Origin: Gekko japonicus
Lineage: Eukaryota
DNA: 64,000 nt
Direction of reading: 5' to 3'
Assembly: GCF_001447785.1 (NCBI RefSeq)
Contig: NW_015167593.1
Coordinates: 186,001 to 250,000, forward strand
Shown: positions 49,225 through 61,298 of the stretch, piece by piece
How the letters are laid out: each line of letters opens with the position of its first letter
Position numbering within the stretch: the first letter of the stretch is position 1
Position numbers and translations under genes: made by a program
The notes under the pieces: generated by a model
Databases searched by the model: none
What the model was told of the DNA's origin: nothing
What the model saw: only the letters and a program-made list of their open reading frames with translations

Positions 49225-50996
49225 AGAACTTACGGCCACGGCGGCGCGTATGGCGGCCAGCTCTCGGGACTCTCCCGGAGTTGGATCGCCCACACGTGGA
49301 GTGGGGGGGATCCGCACAAGCGGAGACCCTAAGGAGCCTTGGGAAAAGGCTCCGAACCAGGGGGCGCTTAGGGGAGAAGCCTCTTACCGGCCAGAAGGTC
49401 GGAAATTGAGGCTCTCCCTCTGCCCTGACGGCCCCGCTGCGCTGTGCCCCGAATGGGGACCTAGCAATGCCACTGGAACATCGGAGTGATGAAGCGATGA
49501 AGTGAAAGTACAAAGAAAGAGACGAGCGGCTAACTGTGAGTTGGAGATCAAATTACAAGCTACCGGCTAAAGCACACTCCGTCCCCCGGGAAAGCGAGAG
49601 GGAGGAGGGAGGATTCCCCCCCACACTCGAGAAAGAGACTTTTTGAAAGCAGAAAGGGGGGGCGAAGTGAAGTTTGGAAAAAGCAAATTACCTTTTGGGA
49701 GAGAGCTGAAAACGGAGAACAGGGAGTGATCCCTATGCTGCGCAGCACAAACTTAAAAAAAGTAAACAAAAACTGAAAATGGCGGGGCCGAAAAAGTTCT
49801 TGGAGAGGCAGACAAAGAAGACGGGAGGAACTTCCGGTCTTAGCCCTTCCCCTGCAGGGGCTGCTGTCAATCAGCAAGAAAGTGAGATGCTGCGCCCTCT
49901 GCTGGATGAATTGTAGAAGATCAATCAAAAGTTGGATAGCATGGAAAGTGCCTATAGTATTCAACAGAAGCAGATGACAGAGACAGCCAAGAAGGTGGAT
50001 GAGATCGCAAAGAAATGTCTGGTATCAACGGAAGAAATACAGAAAGTCAAGAAGAAGGTCAGTAAAGTGGAAAAACACAAAGAGAAGCAGGATAATAAAT
50101 TATTATTGCTTCAAATGGAAAAATCAAATTTGACTCTTCGATTTCAAGGGATGAAAGAATTTGAAAAGGAAGACCTCAGAGACATCCTGGCGAATGCGTT
50201 GGCACCACTGACTGGCAGTGAAGCGGGAAAAATAAAAGATGAGATGGATTTGGCATATAGAGCCTACTCCAACTTTACAAGGAAGAATAATCTGCCAGCA
50301 GAAGTGGTTGTGAAATTTACCAAGCAGCGTCTCAGAGATCAAATTTTAAAAGTAACATCATCAACACCTTTGAAAATCGGAGACCAGACTATTAGAATTC
50401 TGAAAGATGTTACATTTGAAATCAGAATGAAGAGAAAGGAATATAAAGGGTTGACCATGTTCTTGCAAAGTCACCAAATTAATTATAAATGGTTGATACC
50501 CGAAGGACTCGTCTTTAAGTTTAAAGACAGAAGAGAAAAGATAGACTCCATCTTCAAGGCTCAAGACTTTTTGAAGAGGCACGCCAGCTCAGAGGTCGAG
50601 GCAGAACTCGCTAAGTGGATGGTAGGAACTAGCAAAGAAGACAGCAACTCGGAGGAAGAGGTGAAAGATGAGGAAGACAAAGGAGCGGCTAGAGGGCCAA
50701 AATACAACAAGAGACAAAAAAGGGAAGCACCTCAACGTTTGAGAACTAGTTCGGAAAGCGCAATAAAAGATAATACTAATCCCAAAGGGATTAACTAACC
50801 GGTTTTGAAAGATATAGAAGAAAAAAGTACTGTCCAGCTGCAGAAGAAGATTTTGACTTTGACTTTACTAATAAAGGATTAATATACTAATTTTTAACAT
50901 CACTCAACACTTTTCTTTACCCCTCTATATACCCTCCCTAACTTTCTGAAATGTAAAAGCAATAAAATTCTCTCCTTTTTAGAAGAGGGGGAAAAA
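49225..50996 (+). mobile_element. ORF1-only L1-type retroelement 'B' (HAL1-like)
   Basis: 17-bp TSD AAGAAT(A/C)ATCAATAAAT; GC-rich 5' UTR; ORF1 49779-50798; AATAAA at 50961 and A tail; no ORF2. Confidence 0.82.
49779..50798 (+). pseudogene. L1-type ORF1p (coiled coil, RRM, CTD), 339 codons with one premature TAG at 49914-49916
   Basis: ATG 49779 is in frame with ORF 49932-50798; motifs LRFQGMKE, DLAYR, LPAEVVVKF, IRILKDV..RMKRK correspond to L1 ORF1 motifs LRIIGIPE, ERAHR, PRPIIVKF, I..DLS..ARR. Confidence 0.8.
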
Positions 50997-51215
50997 AAGA
51001 ATCATCAATAAATTGACAGACATAATTACACTTTCATTACATTTCATATTCTTTCCCCCTATTTCTATCATTCAAAACCAAATTCATTTTACTGATGTCA
51101 ATATTAATATTAGATCACCATATCAATTCATATAGCAAAGACATTTATACTATTAATTAAACTTCATAGTAAAGCTATTTTCTTAATCACTTGAGCGTCT
51201 TTTGTTCTATTTCCT

Positions 51216-52905
51216 TTTTTTTTTTTAATCCCCTGAAGACAGGGTAGCTTTATTAAATTTTGTTACACCTACGTGACTACAGAAAGGGAAAAAAAAGGGA
51301 AAAGGGGAAAAAAGGAAGGGGGGGATAGGGGAAAAAAATAACAAACTAAAATAACAAACCCCGGGATACAGACAGTACAAAGAAAAAGGAACCCACACTA
51401 TAACTAAAAACCCAAGAAAGGAAGGTCATTACCAGTTAGTATACAGTTAGTCATAAAAATTAAAGCTTTCGTTTGAGTCAATGAATTAGGGAGATTAGTG
51501 AGTCCATTTTAGTAAATGTCTAATTTCTTCTCAGTATGCACAAAGACTTCATCCAGTTTGTTCATAAATCTTTTAGAATATAAGAGCTACTTGGCAACTC
51601 TTAGCCGCAAATCATATGCCTCTCTGGCCGTGCCTCCTTCTGCTCCTATTAGGTCTCCGTCCGTCTCGTCCAGGCTGGCTGCCTGGCCTCCACCGTCTTG
51701 CTGCTCTTCCTCTTTCGATCCGAAAAACTGCTTCAACCATTCTTCCGCTTTGAACACCGAGTTGATTTTTTCTCTTTTGTCCTTATACTTAAACTGCACC
51801 CCCTCTGAAAAAAGCCAGGCGTATTGAATCTGGTTGATCTGAAGTGTTGAGATAAGCTCTTTATACGCTTTTCTTTTCTGTCGGACCTCAAATGGAACAT
51901 CCTTTAGGACCCTGATAGTTGTTGATCCCAATTGCAGGGGTCTGGCTGCTGTCGCTTTAAGAATATCATCTCTTGTCTGTCGTCGGAGAAATTTGACAAC
52001 AATCTCGCCCGGCAAGTTGTTTTGCTTAATATATTTAGAGTAAGATCGATATGTCACTTCGATCTCTGCATGCGCTTCAGCCGGTGTACTGCCGAGCGAT
52101 AAAACGATTAACTCAGCTGCCACATCTTTCAAAATTTCTCCTGCTATTTCAGCCACCCCTTGGAATCTGAGAGTTTTGTTTGCTTTTTCCATTTGTAGGT
52201 TCAGTAGCTTCCTCTCGTGCAGATCCTGCTTTTGTTCCATCAGACCAACTTTTTTCTTCAGCTTTTTAGCATCGTGTGCTGTCTCTTTAAGCTTTNNNNN
52301 NNNNNNNNNNNNNNNNNNNNNNNNNNNNNNNNNNNNNNNNNNNNNNNNNNNNNNNNNNNNNNNNNNNNNNNNNNNNNNNNNNNNNNNNNNNNNNNNNNNN
52401 NNNNNNNNNNNNNNNNNNNNNNNNNNNNNNNNNNNNNNNNNNNNNNNNNNNNNNNNNNNNNNNNNNNNNNNNNNNNNNNNNNNNNNNNNNNNNNNNNNNN
52501 NNNNNNNNNNNNNNNNNNNNNNNNNNNNNNNNNNNNNNNNNNNNNNNNNNNNNNNNNNNNNNNNNNNNNNNNNNNNNNNNNNNNNNNNNNNNNNNNNNNN
52601 NNNNNNNNNNNNNNNNNNNNNNNNNNNNNNNNNNNNNNNNNNNNNNNNNNNNNNNNNNNNNNNNNNNNNNNNNNNNNNNNNNNNNNNNNNNNGGACCGAT
52701 TGGGGCAAAAAGGAGCGCCTCAATTCTCCGGCTTCAAGCCATCGAAGAGGCCGCCCCCCAAGCGCCCCCAGCTTGGAGCCTCCACTCTGAGGCTCACCTG
52801 GGGGTGCCACTTGAGGCGGCACCCCTCCAACACCCCTGGAGCGCAGAATGCCTCCCCTGTTCAGGAGAGAGCCTCCGCCATCGCTGAAGCCACAGACCGG
52901 AAGTC
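51216..52905 (-). mobile_element. ORF1-only L1-type retroelement 'C' (HAL1-like); N gap 52296-52692 hides the ORF start
   Basis: 17-bp TSD CTTTTGTTCTATTTCCT at 51199-51215 and 52906-52922; 5' GACTTCCGG..ATGGCGG; open ORF1 from the gap to stop at 51587; AATAAA and poly(A). Confidence 0.82.
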
Positions 52906-53028
52906 CTTTTGTTCTATTTCCTGTTTGAACTATCTACTTCCAATTTAAACTAGCCCAACCAAAAGGTAAATCTGTCTATTGGAGAACAAAGACAGTAGGT
53001 ATCAAAACCCATATATCTTATGTTTAAC

Positions 53029-53426
53029 CAGGGCTTTTTTTTGTAGAAAAAGCCCAGCAGGAACTTATTAGCATAATAGGCCATACCCAACTGCAGAAAC
53101 TCATTAGCCTATTTGGCCACACCCCTGATAGCACAGCTCATTAGCATATTAGGCCACGCCCCCATGTTACCAGAAGTGTGGTTATCCAGCCACACCCATC
53201 TTTTGCTTCTTATTCTGTTTACCTTGTTTGTTGTCAAAACCCAGGGCTTTTTTTTGTAGTAGGAACTCCTTTGCATGTTAGGCCACACACCCCTAATGTA
53301 GCCAATCCGAATGAGTGTCTGCTGTTGGGTGTGGTCTGTTATGCTAATGAGCTCCTGCTGGGCATGGCCAACTCAGGAGCCAGCCGGAACTCCGTTCCTG
53401 TGCGTTCCTGCCCAAAAATAGCCCTG
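53029..53426. mobile_element. hAT-type MITE (TIR CAGGGCTWTTTTT) nested in element A
   Basis: 8-bp TSD TGTTTAAC. Confidence 0.85.
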
Positions 53427-53615
53427 TGTTTAACAATCCTGCATATACCTCACTGCTAATTTACTTTTTATTATAAACTATCTTAAGTAACACCACTTAC
53501 TCTACTGTTAGGCTCATCCAAATATTTATCAATCTCCAGACAACATTTACACATTAACAAAAAACCCCAAGAAACTACAACCTTAAGGCTCTGCTACCTG
53601 CTTAGTTGTTCTAAA

Positions 53616-53618
<3 letters not shown>

Positions 53619-53657
<39 letters not shown>
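53619..53657. repeat. (TG)n microsatellite
   Basis: Direct reading. Confidence 0.95.
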
Positions 53658-53662
<5 letters not shown>

Positions 53663-53756
53663 ATCGCCTATTGATCTTCACTGTATACTTCAAAAAGAAA
53701 AAAGAAAAAATTAACAAAGACCAACACCTAAATCTCATAATTCCTCACTCTCTCCT

Positions 53757-54092
53757 CCACCATCCGTCTCAGTCTCTCATGGCTATAAACCACATTAACA
53801 AAATAAACCTTATTACAAAAGGACAAAACAGACCCACAAACAGAAAATATATAATTACAAAACATCACTTCTTCCTTCATTACAGCACAATCTCTTAGTA
53901 TGTTTTCAAAAGCCATATAAATTTCTCCACCATCCATCTCAGTCTCTCATGGCTATAAAGCACATTAATGAAATAAACCTTATTACAAAAGAACAAAACA
54001 GACCCACAAACAGAAAATATATAATTACAAAACATCACTTCTTCCTTCATTACAGCACAATCTCTTAGTATGTTTTCAAAAGCCATATAAAT
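53757..54092. repeat. 170-bp tandem duplication abutting an N gap
   Basis: Two copies with about 5 mismatches. Confidence 0.8.
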
Positions 54093-54835
54093 NNNNNNNN
54101 NNNNNNNNNNNNNNNNNNNNNNNNNNNNNNNNNNNNNNNNNNNNNNNNNATTTTTGTATTCATGAATTTCCATCTTTGAAACTCGTCTTCCATAATTCAA
54201 ATGATTAGTCCTCAATCTTCTATTCGGTTTAGTCTGTTTAACCCATACTTTTCTTCCTCTTTTTCTCTTTTGTCTCTTTGCCTTTTTTTTCTTCTGAAGC
54301 AACTGTGGTGACTTTTTTTACATCTTCTTTTTCTAATACAAGGTCTGCTGTATATTTTGTCCAATCTATATCTATCTCCTGATTCTCTTCTTTCTCGGGT
54401 TCCGGTTGTTTATCCGCCATTTCTCTCGTCCCTTCCGAAAAGCCGTCCCTCTTCTCACCAGCAACCTGAGTCATTTGGGTTTGTTCTTCATTATTGCTTA
54501 TATCCTGACTCACATTTTGTGAGGTTTTAAGAAGATTATTACAGACAGCTCTGAAGGCTTGTGATATTTCCCTTACCAGTAAGTTTTTAAACTGTTCTGC
54601 TGTGAGAGTTACAATTTCAGTGTCCGGATCCCATTCCTCGCTGCTCTTTCCCAACTCCATTTTAACGTTTCACGTTTCAACATGCAGGTTAACTTCTAAG
54701 TCTTTTAATCAAAGCCTGAATTGTCCTTCAACTTCAGACACACACTAGCTCAAACAGGACAGAATAGATTTTCCTTACCCCTTCCTTTTTTGCAACATGG
54801 CCGTTTTCTATAATATTGAAGTTGTTTGTTGGGGG

Positions 54836-55148
54836 CAGGGGTCTTGTTGTAGAAAAAGAGCTGCCGGAGCTCATTAGCATAACTCATTAGCATAACTTAT
54901 TTGCATATGCCATGCCCCCTGACATCACCGGAAGTGACAGAAGGCCACACCCCCTGACATCACCGGAAGTGTGTCAGAAGGCCCGGCTACTTACCCTCCT
55001 GCTTCATCCTCATTCCCAAACGGAATGAGGATCGAAGCAGAGGGCGGGGTAAAGAAGGGGGCGGGGCTTCACCACGTGACCACCCCGCCCCCTAGAGGTT
55101 CTCTTCCGGAGCTCCGTACCTGAGAGCTCCCCCCCGACTAGAGCCCTG
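54836..55148. mobile_element. hAT-type MITE (octamer-bearing family) nested in element A
   Basis: 8-bp TSD GTTGGGGG; matches 6553-6912. Confidence 0.85.
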
Positions 55149-56000
55149 GTTGGGGGTATTATAATCCAGTGCTCTTCCAGGTAATCTCTTGATCTTTCAA
55201 ATCCTTCTTTTTACGATGTAATAGTTCCAAGAAAAAACAAACAGCAGTTTAAAAAAACGGATGGTCAGGGCTGCGTGGAAAACATGGAGACCATGTTCCA
55301 CCCCTCTCTTCGTCCCTGCTTCAAGGCACTATTGGACATCCCCCCGCGATGCCAAAGCGGGGAGGGGCCAACAAAAAGCCCCCTGCCGTCAGCTCTCCCT
55401 CCAGGAGATCTGGCGAGGCTCCCCGAGACCGGGAAGCACTCTAAAAGATGAAAAAGGATCGGGCGTCTCGGGAGCCACCTGAGAAACTGCCCGTTGCCCT
55501 TGCCGTACCGCCTGGCTTCCCCCTTTATACAGTTTCTATCTCTGGTAACAAGCAGTGTGTTTTATGGCACACATGGCCCAGCCCGACAATGGACATTAAT
55601 GTCAGATCCGGCCCTCATTACAAATGAGCTTGACACCCCTGTTCTAATTCATCCGGCTTACTCAGTATTCCCACAGTGGCTTTAATTTTACTTGTATCAC
55701 TCCTTCACGTGACACACATTATCTACCCTCCCCAAATAAATCAAATACAAACTGAAGCAATGCAGTAGTTTTATGCAGTAATGTTTAGGTTATTGGAAGA
55801 GTTAGAAACCCACTCTTATGAAAGTCATTAACATGTGCCTCCGCACAGGCTCGAATAACAGCATTCTGTAGAACAGAGAACAACCACCTGCACAGATTTC
55901 AGATGCTGTAGCCACTCTACTACCTTATCTTGTGTGTGTGCATGCACATGCATAAAGTGCCATGAAGTCACAGCCAATTTATGGCAACCCCATAGGGTTT

Positions 56001-56431
56001 CCCAGTAGTCATGTATGGCTGCGAGAGTTGGACTATAAGGAAGGCCGAGCGCCGAAGAATAGATTCTTTTGCACTATGGTGCTGGAGAAGACTCTTGAGA
56101 GTCCCTTGGACTGCAAGGAGATCAAATCAGTCAATCCTAAAAGAAATCAACCCTGACTGTTCCCTGGAAGGCCAGATAATGAAACTGAAGCTCAAATACT
56201 TTGGCCACCAAATGAGAAGGGAGCACTCCCTGGAGAAGACCCTGATGCTGGGAAAGATTGAAGGTCAAAGAAGACTGGGACGGCAAAGGATGAGATGGTT
56301 AGACAGTGTCATACATGCAACGAACATGAAATTGAGCAAACTTCAAAGGACGGCGGAAGACAGGAGGGCCTGGCGGGAGCTGGTCCATGGGGTCGCGAAG
56401 AGTCGGACCCGACTGTGCAACTGAACAACAA
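56001..56431 (+). mobile_element. BovB (RTE clade) LINE 3' fragment inserted into a 5S-derived SINE
   Basis: MYGCESWTIRKAERRRID..RWLDSV; (CAA)n tail; 10-bp TSD CATAGGGTTT. Confidence 0.9.
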
Positions 56432-56741
56432 CATAGGGTTTTCAAGGCAAGAAATGAAAAGAGGTGATTCGCCATTGCCTGGCTTTGCACAGCTACCCTG
56501 AACTTTGTTGGTGGTCTCCCAGCCAAGTACTAACCTGGCCTTGACCTTGCTTAACTTCTGAGATCTGATGACAGTGGGCTAGCCGGGGCCCTCCAGGTCA
56601 GGGCACATAATCTTAGCATATTGCATTTCCCTACTCCAGTCTGTGCGGCACTTGCTGCTTAACTTCTGTTCTTAACTAGTGTCCTGAATATTTATAGCCT
56701 CGCTTTTCTTAGACTGCATGATTGTTGTCAGTGAAGAAATG

Positions 56742-57092
56742 GGCCCCCCAGTCACACGGCAAAGTTGCCGCGGGAGAGGCACGGAAGGTGGGTGGATTAT
56801 CCGGGCGCGATCACACCCCAACATCTGGGAAGTGGAGCGCACCCATGGCTTACCGCCGACAATGCACGTTAAAAAACGAGTACCTCCAAGATACTAGTAA
56901 ACGTTTGCCACGGGCTGCCTCCAGACGCCCGTGGTGTGATCGCGCGGCATTCCCCTCGTTTACCCGCCGGTGCAGAGGGAAGGACCCGTGGTGTGCCGCT
57001 GGCGCGTCTGATCGCGTAATCACGAATCAAACTGCGCCGGGGCAATTAGCCACGCCTCCCCCCCGCGATATCCGGCATGTGTGACCGGGGCT
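56742..57092. mobile_element. CpG-rich Harbinger-like MITE
   Basis: Inverted ends GGCCCCCAGTCACAC / GTGTGACCGGGGCT. Confidence 0.6.
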
Positions 57093-60000
57093 GGCATGTT
57101 TTCCTGCAACGGTTTAATACACTGTTAACAGCGAACAGTGACATCTCTCTTTTGCTAAATGCAGTTCTTCAGCAAAGCTTGTCTGAAACACTTCCTCAGC
57201 CTTCATGTCCATGAAGGAGTTAGCTTTATTGGTTAAATAGTAATAATTAGTACCTTGATTCTGTACACATTGTATTTAATGAATCCAACTCAGTATGTTA
57301 ATGAAAGTGCTACTGAGATGTTTATGTCCAAAAATACTTTTATATATTGAAGAAAATCAGAACACTTTCCTGGGAGTAAGACCCATTCACAGAGGAGAAC
57401 ATTGTAAACCACTTTGAGTCCCTTGGGAAAAAGGTGGGGAGTATAAACAATGTTAAATAAATACAATGTCACTTTCAAGAATAGATGCCTAGAACTATGT
57501 TCTTAGTTGCAGTCATAAGAGGTTCTTAAAGTTCTGCCAGTGACCTAAAATATCTAATTGATGAGAATGTTGAACTGGCACACAATGGTGAAACTCCCTT
57601 CTTGTGACAAAGATCTGGTTAAAAATATTTAGGTAACGTTAATATTATTAGGTAACAGTTATGATCAGTTAGTACAGTAATAGACAAGACTGCATAATCT
57701 GCACTTATTGGACTGAGAAACTGCATAGGTTATACAAATGAAGCATATATGCATAAGTGTACTTATTTTGCATACCTTATTTGCTCCACAGACAGAAGGA
57801 GCTAGGGAGATAGTTTCCCCAGCTTCCAGACTCCCAAGATTTCAGCCAGCCTTTCAAAGACTACCTTTGTATCCATGCAGACTATAAATGTGAGTTTAAA
57901 GACTTGATTCTCAGGGTGCAGCTCCTGACCTAACTATATACAGGAAGATACGTATGTGACTATTAAGTGCCATTGAGTCACTTCCAACTTATGGCGACCC
58001 TAACTTTCTATTAATTAAAGTAAAAAATCAATAATATAAATGATGCAGAGTTTATTTGTTTGACTGCTATCTGCAATTCATACTTCCCAGAATGCAAGGC
58101 AGCCCATCTAGCAACTGTCTGAGCTCACCTCTTTGCACGGTATGGGAGGATGGAGAGCCTGGATCACTTTGTATCAGAAGAATGTGTGTGTGTGGGGAGG
58201 GGGGGGTTACTGTTCACCAGTACTGCAGTCTGAATTTCCAGTATAAATAAGGGGGGATGGGACAGGGTTAAACCAATTTGCCAATTCAGTAGTGGAGCAA
58301 GTAGGGTAAGAAAATCCATTTTTATTCCAAAGGCAAAACTGATCACAGTGCTACTGGATACCATAGCAATTTCCACCGATTGACATTTTGGGGGGAAATA
58401 TTCAAGGGAACTTGGGACGTCTGTGCAACCTGGACAAACAGGAACCCTATGTCTACCTGCACCGCTCATCAAAAAGATGATTGTATGAGCTGGCTTGTAA
58501 TCATACCTCAGCTTGAGAAAAGTGTGTTGCATACAAAAGCCTTTTGATTCTGACAGTAGATTCCCCACCACCACCAAAAGCAGTGAAATGGATGATATCA
58601 GCGTGGTGACAAGTAATGTTCCCCCGCCCCCCCCTTTCCAGGACAATGTAAAAAGACCTTCCATGCAACACTGACAAATTGTGCAATCCAAGATAAAACA
58701 TAACAAAACAAAATAGACTTTATTCAAATTAAGCATGTTTGTTAGCACCTCAGGATAACCAGGAAAATAGAACAGTCCAACAGAGAAACCAGTCCAGCCA
58801 TCTAATCAACTGAACATGTTATTTAGTGCAGAATGATGGTAGAAAAGTACCACGACCGTCACAACACACACTTTCAGAACACTCTCAGCCAGCTACAATG
58901 CGCAGTCTTATTTACAAAGAGAGAAAACCAGTGTGCTGCCCAGTACCTCCGTGGCTGCAACAGAGCAAAACGAGAGCTACGTGACGGAAACATAACCTGT
59001 ATCTCAGACGGTCTGGAGCAAATCTGTCTGTAACTGCCTTCCCCAGCTGCTAAATTTGGACAAAAGTTAGCTAGAAAATCCAAAAATAATTATTAAAATA
59101 ACAATTGGCATTCTAGCAACTTAACAAGTGGATACAGTTGACAATGTTTTTCAAAGAACAGACCAATTCTTCAGTGGTTACAGCAGAGAATCCATGAAGT
59201 CCAACATAAGATTAAGGTTTATGTTCCATTACCATATCCCCCTGATCAAGCACAGAGTCAATCAACACAACAAGCCTTGGAGATAGAAAGAATTAAGACA
59301 GGTCTTATGATCTATATGTAACAAAAAGGGACAAAGGATACGTAAACTGCATAAGGAAATATATATTTAAATTATTAATTGGGGGGTGATGAATTAATCC
59401 CACCCAGGCCATGGGGATGGGGGAGTCTTTTGTTCTTTGCTGTCATGGTGGATGTTGAACAAATTTAAGCTTGCAGTTGTTAATTAAAATATTTTTGATA
59501 TCTCAACAAAAGCCAAAAATAAAATAACTGGACAGGTGGCTATCTAGACACTCACCAATCCCAGCAAATCTCAGCTCCCACTAGAGATGTCTTTTTGTAA
59601 TGCTCAAAACCCATGATGTCCAAACCATGTGATCTAATCCCCTCTTAGAGAAGTGTGAATTTTAGTTTAAAAGCAGAAAGGCAAATCAAGACTCCAGACA
59701 ATCATTTTCATAGTTCTTCACTGTCTCAGTGAAAATTTAAAATCTGGGCAACATCTGCATAGTTGTGTGGAGTGAATACCATGGTGGACTGCTTGTATCA
59801 ACCACTGCACTGAACACATTAAACAGAAGCTTCTATTTAATACTACGCAACGGAACAGCCAGAGAAGGGTCATTGCATTTTTTGATAATGCCAAGCCAGA
59901 CTGTAGAACCGTCCCTTCTTTTACTCTGTCCCATCTTTAATGGGGGTAATGTCCACAGAAATGCAAGCCGAGTATTACCCATTCAGATGAGAAGAGTGCA

Positions 60001-61298
60001 AGCTCTGTCTTGCAAACACACTCAATTAATTCATGCTTACAGCATTTTAAAAAGTTTTCTGGGCCACAAAGCTGCTACTAAACTTTCGTGGATTTAGGGA
60101 GGATCTGCAACCGCCACTGGAAATTAACTTCATTCCTCTTCTGTTGTTAGCCAGATAACACTTCAGATCACTCTAAGTGAAAATTAAATATACCGTACAG
60201 CACTGGTTACACCAGAGTAGACTTAGGTATTTGCAGCACTGAAATAAGAAGCAATTGTTGAATGCTACGCAGGGCATGGAACTATCCAACTATGGCACAG
60301 CCACGATAATGCCTACAAGATGGGAAAAAGAAACAGAGTGGGAGAAAAACAGCAACTACAATTCAAAGATACCAACTACATACTCCAGTTGCCCTCTTAA
60401 TTGTAAGAATGAAATTTGACACCAGAAATGACACAAGCTTTCTGCTGGGGGGGGAGGGGGAACCAATTGTCCACAATTTTCTATTTTTTTTTTTTGTCTG
60501 TCATAAAGAGGGGCAAACAGAATGCACCAATGACCATGGTTTCTAAGGCATCAGTCCATAAGATGTTGACTGTAGATTAATCCTGGTATAAATGCCATAA
60601 ATACCATTGCAACTTCTGTTAAGAGTACTCCAGCGTACTTGGTTTACAGCCCAGGTGTGCTTCTCTAGGAAATCACTCTCTCTGTTTCCCTAAATGCAAT
60701 CTGACAGCTGGTGGCATGATGTCATAGCTTTACTGGGTTGCTTGAAATGGACCAGTTTCATCAGCATCACTAAGAGTACCAGACCAGCTGCTTGTCTGAC
60801 ACCAATGCTCTGAACAGTTAAGCAATGCAAAGACTACAGCATCACTGGGGAACCAACAACCCAGATGCGACCCAGTTTAGTTCAAAAGAGCTGTGATTGT
60901 AGCTAAGTCTGGTTGGGCCGCTCTGGGGGGTGTGTGTGGAGAATGTTTAAGTCCAGTTCACTGTGGGCCTGCTCACATGCCAGCCTGGGCTTCCTTACAG
61001 AAGATGAATCATTGCCAGAGCATAGTCTAGAACTGGCATGGTGCCTGCCAGGCATCAGAGTTGTAACTTAAGGAGCAACGCCACACTGTGGCCGCACAAG
61101 TTGTCCTCACAACGGCCTCCTGGCCACAGAGCTTCTTTGGCCTGCCCTTGCTGTCGCAACCAATTCCAGATAAGTCTATATGTGCCCTGTCCTGCAGAGA
61201 TGAGCAACTTGTTGAAGACCAGGAACCCAATCATGTGGCAAGTGTGCATTACGTGTGTGAGCGCGTGTTGGAAAGCGAGGGAAGTGTCAGGCACAGCC

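Larger units (their letters stand above)
49140..55520 (-). mobile_element. Non-autonomous L1-dependent-type retroelement 'A' (about 2.1 kb net of nested inserts), short K/E-rich ORF 54238-54660
   Basis: 17-bp TSD CCCTTTATACAGTTTCT at 49123-49139 and 55521-55537; AATAAA and A-tail at the left end; GC-rich 5' end at the right. Confidence 0.78.
48813..55641. mobile_element. hAT-type non-autonomous DNA transposon expanded to 6.8 kb by nested insertions
   Basis: TIRs CAGGGGTGTCAA / TTGACACCCCTG; 8-bp TSD TTCTAATT at 48805-48812 and 55642-55649. Confidence 0.88.

Noticed and set aside
49779-50798. Domesticated ORF1 gene (L1TD1-like)
   Set aside because: TSD, A tail, premature stop and nesting inside other transposons indicate a mobile copy.
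51587-52948. 411-, 204- and 243-aa ORFs in the ORF track
   Set aside because: Lengths are inflated by the N gap 52296-52692; only 51587-52295 on the minus strand is supported.
53757-54092. 170-bp duplication as a functional repeat
   Set aside because: Directly abuts an assembly gap and may be a haplotype or overlap artefact.
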